Positions 1-10,100 of a stretch of DNA of 64,000 nucleotides are shown here, one piece after another (positions within the stretch are counted from its first letter, which is position 1; every line of letters starts with the position of its first letter). Made by a program: the position numbers and the translations under genes. Origin of the DNA: an uncultured virus (IMG/VR IMGVR_UViG_3300042343_001623) (Duplodnaviria > Heunggongvirae > Uroviricota > Caudoviricetes); the IMG/VR virus record IMGVR_UViG_3300042343_001623; one strand, given 5' to 3'. The notes under the pieces are model-generated. The model was not told where the DNA came from. It ran no database searches and worked only from the letters and a program-made list of their open reading frames with translations.

Positions 1-39
1 CCCACGGAGGGGTTTTTAATTCTCGATATATTTATAATC

Positions 40-342
40 ATGAATATCAACGATTATTTATCTTCTACAACTGACGATTCAGTCCTTCTTTCTGAATATA
101 GAAATTTCAGGACTTTGTTTAATAATCTTTGTGAAGAAGGTACAGATCTGACATCTGAATCAGATAATACTGAGGTATTGAGAAATCAACTAAACAAAAT
201 TCAGGACGAAATTTTAAATTTTAAAAATATTATCCAAAATAATGGGTTTGATATTTCCGATAACAAATTTTTTGAACATATTTATTCAAAATTCAATATA
301 ATAGAAGAAGAAATACCTTTCAAAAATGGCAATAATATCTGA
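40..342 (+). CDS. hypothetical protein
   Basis: 100-aa ORF preceded by the TATTTATA motif (29-36); no recognisable motif. Confidence 0.6.
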   Translation: MNINDYLSSTTDDSVLLSEYRNFRTLFNNLCEEGTDLTSESDNTEVLRNQLNKIQDEILNFKNIIQNNGFDISDNKFFEHIYSKFNIIEEEIPFKNGNNI

Positions 343-568
343 AAAAATAGAAGGAACAAAGATTTTGAATGAGATTGAATCCTCAAACATCAATCAAACA
401 ATTTATGACACCAAAACTCAAAACCTTGAGGTGACATTTAAAAATGGATTGGTGTATTCTTATGAAGAGGTTCCACATCAAATTTATACGAAGTTCAGAA
501 TGGCGGAATCACAAGGGTCATTTTTTAATAAAGAAATCGCCAAAACTTTCAAATATACTAAAAAATGA
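326..568 (+). CDS. KTSC domain protein
   Basis: SSNI..YD..TQNLEVTFKNGLVYSYEEVP..Y..F..AESQGSFFNKEI is the typical KTSC pattern. Confidence 0.85.
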   Translation: MAIISEKIEGTKILNEIESSNINQTIYDTKTQNLEVTFKNGLVYSYEEVPHQIYTKFRMAESQGSFFNKEIAKTFKYTKK

Positions 569-1323
569 ATTCAATCAATCAGGTCGTTGACACCTTGTTA
601 TATAAGGATGAGTTGAATCCCAAGTTTTGGGACAATCCTAAAACACCTGATAGTTCAACTTTGAAAGAAAACATCAGAAAACAACTCATGAAAATTAGTG
701 AGGAGTTTTTTGAGTATTTGGATCTCGATATATTTTTGTCAGACATCACGATGACAGGATCTTTAGCGAATTTTAACTGGTCTGACTTATCTGATGTTGA
801 CCTTCATTTTATTTTGGATTACAAACAATTAGAAGGAAACGAAGAATTATATAAAGAATATTTTAACCTCAAAAAAACTTTATTCAACAGTACTCATGAT
901 ATTACGATTTATGGACATGATGTGGAAGTTTATATCCAAGATATATTGGAGTCTCATCATTCTTCTGGTGTATACAGTATCTTACATAATGATTGGGTTG
1001 AAATACCCAAACAAGAAGAAACACAGATTGACAAAGATATTTTAAAGAGAAAAATCAAGAATGTTATTTCACAATTTGATGACGTATTTTCAAATTTAAA
1101 TGACGAGGATCCCAAAAAAGCTATAGAAATATTGGATAATTTTAAAGATAAACTAAAAAAATATAGGTCAACTGGGTTACTCAAAGGTGGAGAAAAATCA
1201 TATGAAAACCTCGTTTTTAAATATATGAGGAGGGCTGGATATATTCAAAAACTATTTGATGCTAAAAATAAAATTATAGACAAAACACTTTCTTTAGAAT
1301 CACATAGTAGGAAAAAAAGATAA
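565..1323 (+). CDS. Pol-beta superfamily nucleotidyltransferase
   Basis: TGSLANFNWSDLSDVDLH (GS...DxD) plus a third acidic residue in DVEVYIQD. Confidence 0.75.
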   Translation: MNSINQVVDTLLYKDELNPKFWDNPKTPDSSTLKENIRKQLMKISEEFFEYLDLDIFLSDITMTGSLANFNWSDLSDVDLHFILDYKQLEGNEELYKEYFNLKKTLFNSTHDITIYGHDVEVYIQDILESHHSSGVYSILHNDWVEIPKQEETQIDKDILKRKIKNVISQFDDVFSNLNDEDPKKAIEILDNFKDKLKKYRSTGLLKGGEKSYENLVFKYMRRAGYIQKLFDAKNKIIDKTLSLESHSRKKR

Positions 1324-1361
1324 TTTGTATTTATCTCTATATTTATTTATAAAAAACTATA

Positions 1362-1547
1362 ATGGCAATAACCGCTTGTACTCAATCAAACTACGCTAAC
1401 GTAAACAGAATAAGTGTGGCAAGAAATGACGCAGCTCCTTTCTACTCAATTCCTACTCCATTATGGACAGAGGGAGATAATACAACAGAAATTGCATATC
1501 AATGTAACGCCGTTACTCTTGGAGGTTTTCGAGGGTTAAATTCATAA
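1362..1547 (+). CDS. small hypothetical protein, possibly structural
   Basis: 61-aa ORF with TATTTAT motifs upstream (1328-1351). Confidence 0.6.
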   Translation: MAITACTQSNYANVNRISVARNDAAPFYSIPTPLWTEGDNTTEIAYQCNAVTLGGFRGLNS

Positions 1548-1572
1548 AATTAAAAATTAACAAAAAATACAA

Positions 1573-2817
1573 ATGTCAGATTTGAGACCATTAGGAAGCG
1601 AAAGACTTCAAGGGGATGAAAAAATCAGAAGAATCTTGGAGATCGCAAGATATAAAGAAGTTCCAAAGCAGGTAGTTAACGAAGTATCTAGCGTGGAATA
1701 TTCCAAAACATTAAGTGATGGTGTAAAGTATGTCATAGCCAAAGAAAAGCTTGGATATATTATAAAAAAATCTATCAACGAAGGTGTTGAGGAATACATT
1801 GAGCCTATGAAGAATAGACGATATTATAATTCGTATTCTCAAGCTCTTAAGAGATTAAATTTATTGGCTCGTGAGGTCAATTACACTCAAGGTGTAAATG
1901 AAGAAACAACTCTTTTTGGTGAACAAAAGAAATTTGTATTAAAAACGCCCAAATCCGCACCTGAACCAACATATGATGAACCATCTGCTGATCTTGGTAT
2001 GGACGCAGGATTGGAAGCTCAAACTGACTTGGAGATGCCGGCAGAACCATCTATGGATGCTGGAACCGATACGGGATCTGATTTAGATTTCGATTTGGGT
2101 ATGGATGCTGGTACAGAGGAAACCCCTGATATGGGGATGGAACCTCCAACAGATGAGGAAGGTACTGACTTTAAAACAATCCAAAAAATTACAGGCAAAC
2201 TTTCTCAAAAGTTGAGAGAATTGGATTCTACCCAAGGGTTGGACTCCTCAAATATGAAATATGTTATTAATTCGATTCTTTCGGCGATGGATTTAGAAAA
2301 ATTCAAAGATGAAGATAAAGATGAGGTTATTGAAAGATTGGAAGGGGAAATTGATTATGGTATGGAGGATACATCCGTTGATGTAACAGCAGATGAAGAT
2401 GGAGGTGGAATGGATATGGAATTAGATATGGAAATGGGCACTGAAGAAACACCAGAATCTCCTGAAAAAACAGAGGAGTTAGGTGAGGGTGGTGATTATA
2501 TGATGGAGAAACCAAAAAGTGACTTAGATAAGATTATGGATTCAATATTTGCAGAATCGAAGGTTGAAAAAACTATCAACAAATACTTGAGTGAATCCGT
2601 TATTAAGGAAACCAAAATCAAAAACGAAAAGAAGAAACAACTTATGATTGAGTCAGTCAACAAAATGGCTACAACATATGAACAAGAAGTTGCTTCCAAG
2701 AAAATCATTAAGGAATTTAAAGAGGTTGAGTTAATCGGAAGAACAAACAAGAAAAATATCGTTGTCAAGATCAATGGTGAAGAATTCAAAATTAATCAAA
2801 AAGGATTTTTGGAATGA
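1573..2817 (+). CDS. hypothetical head-associated protein with acidic low-complexity linkers
   Basis: 414 aa; D/E/M/G-rich linkers and many (I/L/V)xE motifs; lies upstream of the terminase. Confidence 0.6.
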   Translation: MSDLRPLGSERLQGDEKIRRILEIARYKEVPKQVVNEVSSVEYSKTLSDGVKYVIAKEKLGYIIKKSINEGVEEYIEPMKNRRYYNSYSQALKRLNLLAREVNYTQGVNEETTLFGEQKKFVLKTPKSAPEPTYDEPSADLGMDAGLEAQTDLEMPAEPSMDAGTDTGSDLDFDLGMDAGTEETPDMGMEPPTDEEGTDFKTIQKITGKLSQKLRELDSTQGLDSSNMKYVINSILSAMDLEKFKDEDKDEVIERLEGEIDYGMEDTSVDVTADEDGGGMDMELDMEMGTEETPESPEKTEELGEGGDYMMEKPKSDLDKIMDSIFAESKVEKTINKYLSESVIKETKIKNEKKKQLMIESVNKMATTYEQEVASKKIIKEFKEVELIGRTNKKNIVVKINGEEFKINQKGFLE

Positions 2818-3209
2818 AACTCGTCTATGTGAATGAACTTGGACCTGACTATAAAGGAAATAACACATACGAATTTATTTTCTCAAAAAACGAAGAGGTC
2901 TACGGTGAAGATTGGGATGTAAGTCCCGCCTCAGGGAGACCATTTCCACCCCAATTGGAGTTCATTCATTGTGTTTTAAAACTGAGCAGTTCCGACATTA
3001 AGTTGGAACTTGTTCGTAATTCTGATTACTTCAATATGTACGATGCAATTGATGGTGTCATTTCTTTGGCTTGGGAATCTGAAGACTCGGGATATGAAGG
3101 AAACCAAAGATTGGTCTTTAGATTTGGAGATGATATTTCTATAATAAAGGATAAATTTTACGAAAGAGATATAGTTCTTTCAGAGGAAAAAATATTACAA
3201 ACACCATGA
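2814..3209 (+). CDS. hypothetical protein
   Basis: 131-aa ORF overlapping both neighbours (ATGA coupling). Confidence 0.7.
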   Translation: MKLVYVNELGPDYKGNNTYEFIFSKNEEVYGEDWDVSPASGRPFPPQLEFIHCVLKLSSSDIKLELVRNSDYFNMYDAIDGVISLAWESEDSGYEGNQRLVFRFGDDISIIKDKFYERDIVLSEEKILQTP

Positions 3210-4153
3210 ACAAAAAAAATATCAAAGTCTTACTTGACGAAGGTTTTTCAATCAAAACAATTCGTTCTTTAAGTGAAAATCAAAGAAATATTTTGGCAAA
3301 AAAAATATTAAAGGAGGGTAGTATTGAATATGGAGATCAGGATACTGCTAATCGTATTGCACCTGAAATAGCATTGAAGAATCCAAAAGCTAAGATTAAA
3401 GTGATGGGTAATAAAATAGAAGTTGGTGAAAATCAGGATGATTTACCTGATCTCACAAGAGAAGTTTATACAGGTCAACAAGGACCACATGATGCTGACG
3501 ACATGGCGCCTGATGGTATGGATGATGATTCCGACAATAATAGATCAATGATGAATGAATTATCTGACGAAGAAATTGATCTTATGTTAGATATCATTAA
3601 GTCAAAAAAATCAAATGGTGAAAAAGGTGAAATCGAAGAAAAGTTTCAAAGTAAATCACAACAAAAATACTTCTTTGCTAAATGTAATGATGAATCATTA
3701 AGTAAAAAAGAAAGAAATAAGTGGTGTAGTATGGCTGACGAATTTGCACAACACACAAATTTCAAAAAACTACCCGAAAAAGTAAAAGAAGATAATCTTA
3801 AATCTTTGGAGGAAAGTGTTATGAAAATTGTTAAAAAACATATTCCTGCAAGTATTACAAAGGGTGACTTGGTTAAATTAGTTAATGAAGCTCCTTTAAC
3901 CAAACCTGTACCTGTAAAGGAACCTGGTGTTGTTCCGTCGAGACCTGAAAGAAAAACACCTTTTCAACCAAAACACAAACCAAAACCAAAGGCAGGAAAA
4001 GAATTACCTGATTGGATGAGTTATTCGGAAATTTTTGATTCTGAACCATTTACAAAGCCAGTACCTGTAAAACCAGATGTTGCACCATCCAAACCTGAAA
4101 GAAAAACTCCATTTCAACCAAAGCATAAACCAAAACCAAAGGCGGAGAAATAA
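3206..4153 (+). CDS. hypothetical protein with duplicated Pro/Lys-rich C-terminal module
   Basis: 315 aa; TKPVPVK..P..PERKTPFQPKHKPKPKA occurs twice. Confidence 0.7.
   Translation: MNKKNIKVLLDEGFSIKTIRSLSENQRNILAKKILKEGSIEYGDQDTANRIAPEIALKNPKAKIKVMGNKIEVGENQDDLPDLTREVYTGQQGPHDADDMAPDGMDDDSDNNRSMMNELSDEEIDLMLDIIKSKKSNGEKGEIEEKFQSKSQQKYFFAKCNDESLSKKERNKWCSMADEFAQHTNFKKLPEKVKEDNLKSLEESVMKIVKKHIPASITKGDLVKLVNEAPLTKPVPVKEPGVVPSRPERKTPFQPKHKPKPKAGKELPDWMSYSEIFDSEPFTKPVPVKPDVAPSKPERKTPFQPKHKPKPKAEK
3893..4144 (+). repeat. intragenic ~100-bp imperfect duplication (3893-3994 and 4046-4144)
   Basis: Two near-identical 33-34 aa units with synonymous differences. Confidence 0.8.
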
Positions 4154-5442
4154 TGAGACAGGATTTAAAAAATACAGTAAGAAAGGCTTTATTAGAGGCA
4201 CCGATTAGATATGATGGTCCTGAAAGAATGGATCCTTCTTTGGAAGATCTTTTTAACAGAGGAGAAACACCTTATAGTAAAAATCCTGCTCTTCCCGATA
4301 AAAATAACGATGGAATACCTGATTCTTTCGAACAAATTATCGCAAGTAAAAGATTCAAGGATGTTATTGAAAATTTGAAACGCCTTACAGGTGTAACAAA
4401 TTTATCGGGAATGAATGGTATGATGCAGTTACAAACTTTGGTTATGGGAGCATCGAATAGAATTCTACAGATTCAATCTAGTCACAAAGAATATTTGGAA
4501 AATTTGGCAATTGATTTGGTGAAGAAGGAAACCGGTATTACAGATCAAGTAAATTTTGAAGCGGACTTAGTTAATCCAGGTGAAATTTCAAAACAAGGTA
4601 TGAGTTCTAAACCAGAAGAGTACGATGAGGATGAAATTGAAAAACAATTCGGAGGTGAAGAGGACGAAGAAGAAGATTTTCAAGATGACTTTATGTCATT
4701 TATGAATTCTATGGAGAATTTTAACGCGGAAACCGCAAAAAGAAGAATTTTAAATGCATTGATTCAGGGTGGTGCAAAAAAAGGTCACTACATGTACCAA
4801 CTTGTAGTTCCAGAATTAGATAGATTGAATCCTGATTTGGTAAGATTATATGGTGTTATAATGTCATATGCTGACTATCTATATTGGATTATGCCTAACC
4901 AACAAATGTTGAATATGGCAGGTAGTGGTGAAGGAATGATGGGTAAAGAAGAAGTTGACGAAACTACAGATCCTCCAACCGTAAAAGCACAGGCTACATG
5001 GTTTCCACTTCTCATTCATGAACTACTTAAAGGTGTGAACGATTTGGTTATGACTCAGGGTTTACCTGACGATCCAAGATCGGCAGAAATGGTTATGGGG
5101 GTTGCAGACACTTTACCACATGAAATTTGGGATATGAGAGTCGGACCAATTATATATGAAAAATTGGTAAATGCTTATCCTGATGAACTATTTGACGAAG
5201 ACAAGAAAATCATTCAGTTCTATCTCAAATCAAGAATTGCCTCTCTGAGTACTGACGAGTTCTTCAAGACTATGAAAGAAATTCTCGCAGAAACACCAAA
5301 AGGCAAGCAAATTGTGGACAAAATGGTAAAAGAGATTATTCAGGAACTCAAAGATCAAGAATATGAAGATGCTATGGGTTCAGAAGATGATGATGAAGAC
5401 TTGGATAATTTCCTCTCTAATCTCGGAATAAGTTTAAATTAA
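4153..5442 (+). CDS. hypothetical protein in the head module
   Basis: 429-aa ORF immediately before the terminase; no motif recognised. Confidence 0.7.
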   Translation: MRQDLKNTVRKALLEAPIRYDGPERMDPSLEDLFNRGETPYSKNPALPDKNNDGIPDSFEQIIASKRFKDVIENLKRLTGVTNLSGMNGMMQLQTLVMGASNRILQIQSSHKEYLENLAIDLVKKETGITDQVNFEADLVNPGEISKQGMSSKPEEYDEDEIEKQFGGEEDEEEDFQDDFMSFMNSMENFNAETAKRRILNALIQGGAKKGHYMYQLVVPELDRLNPDLVRLYGVIMSYADYLYWIMPNQQMLNMAGSGEGMMGKEEVDETTDPPTVKAQATWFPLLIHELLKGVNDLVMTQGLPDDPRSAEMVMGVADTLPHEIWDMRVGPIIYEKLVNAYPDELFDEDKKIIQFYLKSRIASLSTDEFFKTMKEILAETPKGKQIVDKMVKEIIQELKDQEYEDAMGSEDDDEDLDNFLSNLGISLN

Positions 5443-5445
5443 TGG

Positions 5446-7215
5446 ATGGGGTTAACAAGAGAACAGGTATTATTAGAATATGCCAAATGTGTCAAAAGTC
5501 CTGAATATGCGTTAAAAACATATTTGAAAACTTATGATCAAACAGTTCAGGGGTTCGTACCCCTGAAGTTGTTTCCTGACCAAGTGAAATTGATTGAGGA
5601 TTTTGAAAAGTTTGAAGAAAATATTGCGTTAAAATATAGACAGGCGGGAGTTTCCACTGTCACCGCAGCTTGGATTTCCAAAAAGTTGATCACAGCTCCG
5701 AAGGGAAAACCTGAAAAGATATTGATCATTGCCAACAAACTTGACACTGCCGTTGGTATGGCCGATAAAATCAGGTCTTTCCAAGAGCAATGGCCCGATT
5801 GGTTTGGCGTTAGTTTTTCATCGGAAAAAAACTCCCAACGTCACTTCAGATTGACAAATGGTTGTGAAGTAAAAGCGGTTGCAACATCAAAAGACGCATT
5901 GAGAGGTTATACCCCAACTATCCTTGTATTTGACGAAGCAGCATATATTGAAGCGGATGATGATTTCTGGGCGGCTTGTATGGCCTCACTCTCAACGGGT
6001 GGTAAAGTTATAGTTATTTCAACTCCCAACGGATTTGATCAAATTTATTATTCAATTTACGATCAAGCTTTACGGGGTATGAATGATTTTAAAATATCTG
6101 AAATGTATTGGTATAGAGATCCAAGATATACCAAAGACCTTTATTTAGTAAAAACCAAAGATATAGTTCATTATTTGTTAAATAAAGAAGAATATTCTGA
6201 AGAGGAACACGTAATTAGGTTGGATGGTGCGGGTTGGGATTTGGATCTTGAATTTGTTATTCAAAAAATCAATGAAGGTTATAAACCTTGTTCTTCTTGG
6301 TTTGAAACTATGGTTAAGAAGTTGAAATACGATAGAAGAAAGGTGTCTCAAGAATTGGAGTGTAACTTTCTTGGTTCGGGTGACAATGTCATTGACTCTG
6401 GAACTATGGAAAAAATCAAGAAAAATGATATTAAAGAACCCAAAGACAAGATGATGGGAGGGGCGTTATGGGTTTGGGAGGATCCAATATTGGATCACAA
6501 ATATATTATGGGTGTGGATGTGTCAAGAGGTGATTCAGAGGACTTTACAACCTTTAATATAGTTGATTTTGATACAAGAGAACAGGTTGTTGAATTTTTG
6601 GACAAAGTTCCACCTGATATTGCCGCTGAAATTGCCTTAAAATGGGCACAAAGATACAACGCATTTGTGGTTATTGACATCACGGGTGGTATGGGTGTAT
6701 CAACGGCAAGGAAGATGCAAGAGCTGGGGTATAAAAACCTTTATATCGATGGTCAAGTATCGACTGACATATGGAAATATGATCCAAAAGCGCAAGAGAA
6801 AATACCGGGAATTAATTTCAATAACAAAAGGGTTCAGATTATTGCAACTTTTGAAGAATATATTAGACACGGTTTCAAAATCAGATCATCAAGATTATAT
6901 AATGAATTACTAACTTTTGTTTATATAAACGGAAGACCTGACCATATCAAAGGACAACATGACGACTTGATTATGTCTGTTGCTATGGCTTTATATGTTG
7001 GGGAAAGTAGTTTTTCCAAACTTACAAAGGTGACCGAACAAGCAAAAGCAATGATTGATTCTTGGACGGTAAATGAAAGTGTAAAATATAAAACTGACTT
7101 TATGAATCCGAGTGTTCCATCGTATTATGGTCAAACAAATAACGATTCCAATCGAAGTTATAATCAGAAAGACGTAGAGAAATATTTATGGCTCTTCGGA
7201 GGAATGAGAAGATAA
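5446..7215 (+). CDS. terL: terminase large subunit
   Basis: Walker A-like KYRQAGVST, Walker B LVFDEAA, motif ISTPNG, nuclease GVDVSRG and HDDLIMS. Confidence 0.95.
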   Translation: MGLTREQVLLEYAKCVKSPEYALKTYLKTYDQTVQGFVPLKLFPDQVKLIEDFEKFEENIALKYRQAGVSTVTAAWISKKLITAPKGKPEKILIIANKLDTAVGMADKIRSFQEQWPDWFGVSFSSEKNSQRHFRLTNGCEVKAVATSKDALRGYTPTILVFDEAAYIEADDDFWAACMASLSTGGKVIVISTPNGFDQIYYSIYDQALRGMNDFKISEMYWYRDPRYTKDLYLVKTKDIVHYLLNKEEYSEEEHVIRLDGAGWDLDLEFVIQKINEGYKPCSSWFETMVKKLKYDRRKVSQELECNFLGSGDNVIDSGTMEKIKKNDIKEPKDKMMGGALWVWEDPILDHKYIMGVDVSRGDSEDFTTFNIVDFDTREQVVEFLDKVPPDIAAEIALKWAQRYNAFVVIDITGGMGVSTARKMQELGYKNLYIDGQVSTDIWKYDPKAQEKIPGINFNNKRVQIIATFEEYIRHGFKIRSSRLYNELLTFVYINGRPDHIKGQHDDLIMSVAMALYVGESSFSKLTKVTEQAKAMIDSWTVNESVKYKTDFMNPSVPSYYGQTNNDSNRSYNQKDVEKYLWLFGGMRR

Positions 7216-7255
7216 TAATATTGTATTTATTGAAAAAACTACTATTTTAATTACT

Positions 7256-9124
7256 ATGGCACAAACTAATCAACAATATACAATTTGGCAACGACTTTCA
7301 AGGGTCTTTGGACCAGATTCCACATTGGATCAACAAGTTCCTCAATATAGGTTCGATAAAAAAGAAATTTTAAGAACCAAATCTAAAGGGGAATACGAAA
7401 AGGAAAAACTTCAAGCTCAACAGAGTTTGTATTTGGCAAACCAATGGTCAAAGGTTGAAAACAATCTTTACACACAAGCCGTATATTATGAACCAACAAG
7501 GTTGGCTTCATATTATGATTATGAATCTATGGAGTTTACACCCGAAATATCCGCAGCTTTGGACATTTATGCTGAAGAATCAACAACCCCAAATGAAAAT
7601 GGATTTATACTTCAAATATATTCAGAATCCAATAGAATCAAAAGTATTTTGGCCGACTTGTTCAATAACAAGTTGGATATTAATACCAACTTACCTATGT
7701 GGACAAGAAATACTTGTAAGTATGGTGATAATTTTCTCTATTTAAAGATAGATCCTGAACAAGGTGTTGTCGGAGCACAACAATTACCAAATATTGAAAT
7801 CGAAAGATTCGAGAGAGGTATGGTTGTTAATACCGTTGCAATGAATACCGGTGTTGAAAATACCCACTTAACTTTTACTTGGAAAAATAAAAATATAGAA
7901 TTCAATACGTGGGAGGTTGCTCACTTTAGACTTTTGGGTGACGACTCAAAATTACCCTATGGAACTTCTATGTTAGAAAAAGCAAGAAGAGTTTGGAAAC
8001 AACTTCTTTTGTCGGAAGATGCGATGTTAATCTATAGAACATCAAGAGCACCTGAAAGAAGAGTTTTCAAAGTTTTTGTTGGAAATATGGATGATAAAGA
8101 TGTTGAAGCCTATGTCCAAAGGGTTGCCAACAAATTCAAGAGAGACCAAATTGTGGATCCAAAGAATGGTAATGTGGATATGAGATATAATCAGATGGCC
8201 GTGGATCAGGATTATTTTATTCCTGTTCGTGATCCGAACGCACCAAATCCAATTGATACTTTACCTGGCGCTCAGAATCTGAGTGAAATTGCGGATATTG
8301 AATATATTCAAAAGAAATTATTGACCGCTTTAAGAATACCGAAAGCTTTCCTTGGATTTGAAGAAGTGGTTGGTGATGGTAAGAATCTTTCTCTTTTGGA
8401 TATTAGATTTTCAAGGACCATCAATAGAATTCAACAAGCGATGATTCAAGAATTAAATAAAATCGCGATTATTCATCTATATATCTTGGGATTTGAGGAC
8501 GAACTTAATAACTTCACTTTGGGTCTAACCAATCCATCAACACAACAGGATATGTTGAAGATTGAACAACTTCAATCCAAAATCCAACTCTACAGAGACG
8601 CAGTTACTGATCCTGGAAATGGTATTCAGGCGGTATCCGCTTCTTGGGCTAAGAAACATATTCTTGGGTTCAGTGATGAAGAAATTAAGTTGGATATACA
8701 ACAACAAAGAATTGAAAAAGCTGTAGCTAAGGAACTTGAAGAAACTCCGAATGTAATTACCAAGACAGGTATATTTGACAATATTGACAAGTTGTACGGT
8801 AATGGAAAACCAAAGGAGGGAGGTGAAGCAGGTGCAGGTGAGGCAACAACACCAGGTGGTGGAGAAACAACAAGTCCTGATTTAGGTGGTTTTGGTGAGG
8901 TAGGGGGTACAACCACAGTTCCTGAACCTGCGGCTGAAACAGGTGGTACTGAAACAGAGACTATACCTCCACCGGCTGAAGTAACTCCTGAATCCAAAGA
9001 AAAAGATGAAAATTTAATCCTTGAAGATAATATGTTAAACGGTGTTGTAGAACTCAATATCAACAAAGCTAAAAAATCTTTACAGGAGATTGATAAAAAA
9101 CTAAACGAGTTACTAGGATCATAA
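7256..9124 (+). CDS. gp20: portal protein (T4 gp20-like)
   Basis: PEISAALDIYAEE, YGTSMLEKAR..WKQL.L.EDAMLIYR.SRAPERRVF, DYFIP, IDTLPG. Confidence 0.95.
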   Translation: MAQTNQQYTIWQRLSRVFGPDSTLDQQVPQYRFDKKEILRTKSKGEYEKEKLQAQQSLYLANQWSKVENNLYTQAVYYEPTRLASYYDYESMEFTPEISAALDIYAEESTTPNENGFILQIYSESNRIKSILADLFNNKLDINTNLPMWTRNTCKYGDNFLYLKIDPEQGVVGAQQLPNIEIERFERGMVVNTVAMNTGVENTHLTFTWKNKNIEFNTWEVAHFRLLGDDSKLPYGTSMLEKARRVWKQLLLSEDAMLIYRTSRAPERRVFKVFVGNMDDKDVEAYVQRVANKFKRDQIVDPKNGNVDMRYNQMAVDQDYFIPVRDPNAPNPIDTLPGAQNLSEIADIEYIQKKLLTALRIPKAFLGFEEVVGDGKNLSLLDIRFSRTINRIQQAMIQELNKIAIIHLYILGFEDELNNFTLGLTNPSTQQDMLKIEQLQSKIQLYRDAVTDPGNGIQAVSASWAKKHILGFSDEEIKLDIQQQRIEKAVAKELEETPNVITKTGIFDNIDKLYGNGKPKEGGEAGAGEATTPGGGETTSPDLGGFGEVGGTTTVPEPAAETGGTETETIPPPAEVTPESKEKDENLILEDNMLNGVVELNINKAKKSLQEIDKKLNELLGS

Positions 9125-9136
9125 TATTTATTTAGT

Positions 9137-9808
9137 ATGAAAACACTAGGAAGTTATATCACCCAACTCGAAAATGAATTGGTGGAAGGTTATAAAAAAG
9201 GAACCTTCAAAAGTTCATTTACCAAATTTAAGAATCAGGTTTTAAAAAATAAGAACTTAAAGGAGGCGACAAATATATATTACGAATTGTCATCCAAAAA
9301 AGGATATGACAAGGAATTCAGTGAAATGTTCCTTAATGAATCTATCGATAGATTAAAAGAATTATATAAAAGAAAAGATATTCAAAAATATTTGTCTGAA
9401 GGATCCAACAATTACGAATCTATTGACAACTTGATTTTCTCAACAAACATAGAAAAAAAGGTTGAGACAAAACTTTCTCTGTTGGAAAATCTTCGAAAAA
9501 AGGATGAGGTAAACGAAACCATTTATCTTCCTTTATCTATGCAAGTAGACATTGCAAATTCCAAAATCAAACCAATCTTAGAAAGTCTTTCAGAGGAAGA
9601 ACTTTCATTACTCAAAGAAATGAAGGAATTAACTGAAGGTGATTTAACAAACTTGATTGAAGAAACTAAATCTGAAATTGTTTCTGTATTTGAGAAAAAT
9701 ACTATAGAAGAAGGTAAATTGGATCAGTTGAAGTCAAAGTTGGGGTCTTATGATAAATCCCACCGTTCGTTGTTTGAACTCAGAAAATTCTTGAACGAGA
9801 TAGTTTAA
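9137..9808 (+). CDS. hypothetical protein downstream of portal
   Basis: 223-aa helical E/K-rich ORF with TATTTAT at 9125-9131. Confidence 0.7.
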   Translation: MKTLGSYITQLENELVEGYKKGTFKSSFTKFKNQVLKNKNLKEATNIYYELSSKKGYDKEFSEMFLNESIDRLKELYKRKDIQKYLSEGSNNYESIDNLIFSTNIEKKVETKLSLLENLRKKDEVNETIYLPLSMQVDIANSKIKPILESLSEEELSLLKEMKELTEGDLTNLIEETKSEIVSVFEKNTIEEGKLDQLKSKLGSYDKSHRSLFELRKFLNEIV

Positions 9809-9990
9809 TCCTTTTTAAACTTGTCGTTCACATAGATGGCCTTATTCATCTTTTCTCTGTTTTTCACTGAATCTTTAATATATTCTTTATTTTCCCACAG
9901 TTTTTTGTGAACTTGGGTCTTATAAACTTTATATTTATAAGTTTTCAGAGCGGCCTCTATATTTTTTTTATTTACCTCTACTATTATCAT
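9805..9990 (-). CDS. rpsU: phage-encoded ribosomal protein bS21
   Basis: 61 aa from the second Met: MIIVEV..NIEAALK.YK.K..KT....L.....Y.K.SV..R....KAIY matches the Bacteroidota bS21 pattern; lies among head genes. Confidence 0.85.
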   Translation of the reverse strand: MIIVEVNKKNIEAALKTYKYKVYKTQVHKKLWENKEYIKDSVKNREKMNKAIYVNDKFKKD

Positions 9991-10033
9991 AAGTTGTATT
10001 TGTAACGATAAATACAAACGAATTTACGAAATT

Positions 10034-10064
10034 TTGACAATAACCCTTATTTTTATTATGTTTT
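10034..10064 (+). promoter_or_regulatory. sigma70-like promoter TTGACA-N17-TATGTT (also close to Bacteroidota TTTG-N20-TAnnTTTG)
   Basis: TTGACA 10034-10039, TATGTTTT 10057-10064; same architecture as at 57535-57565. Confidence 0.6.
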
Positions 10065-10100
10065 TCAAAAAATAAACGTTTTTACATATGAAGGGATTTT

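Noticed and set aside
1..17. Terminator-like CCC-acgga-GGGG-ttttt
   Set aside because: Truncated by the window edge, so the stem cannot be verified
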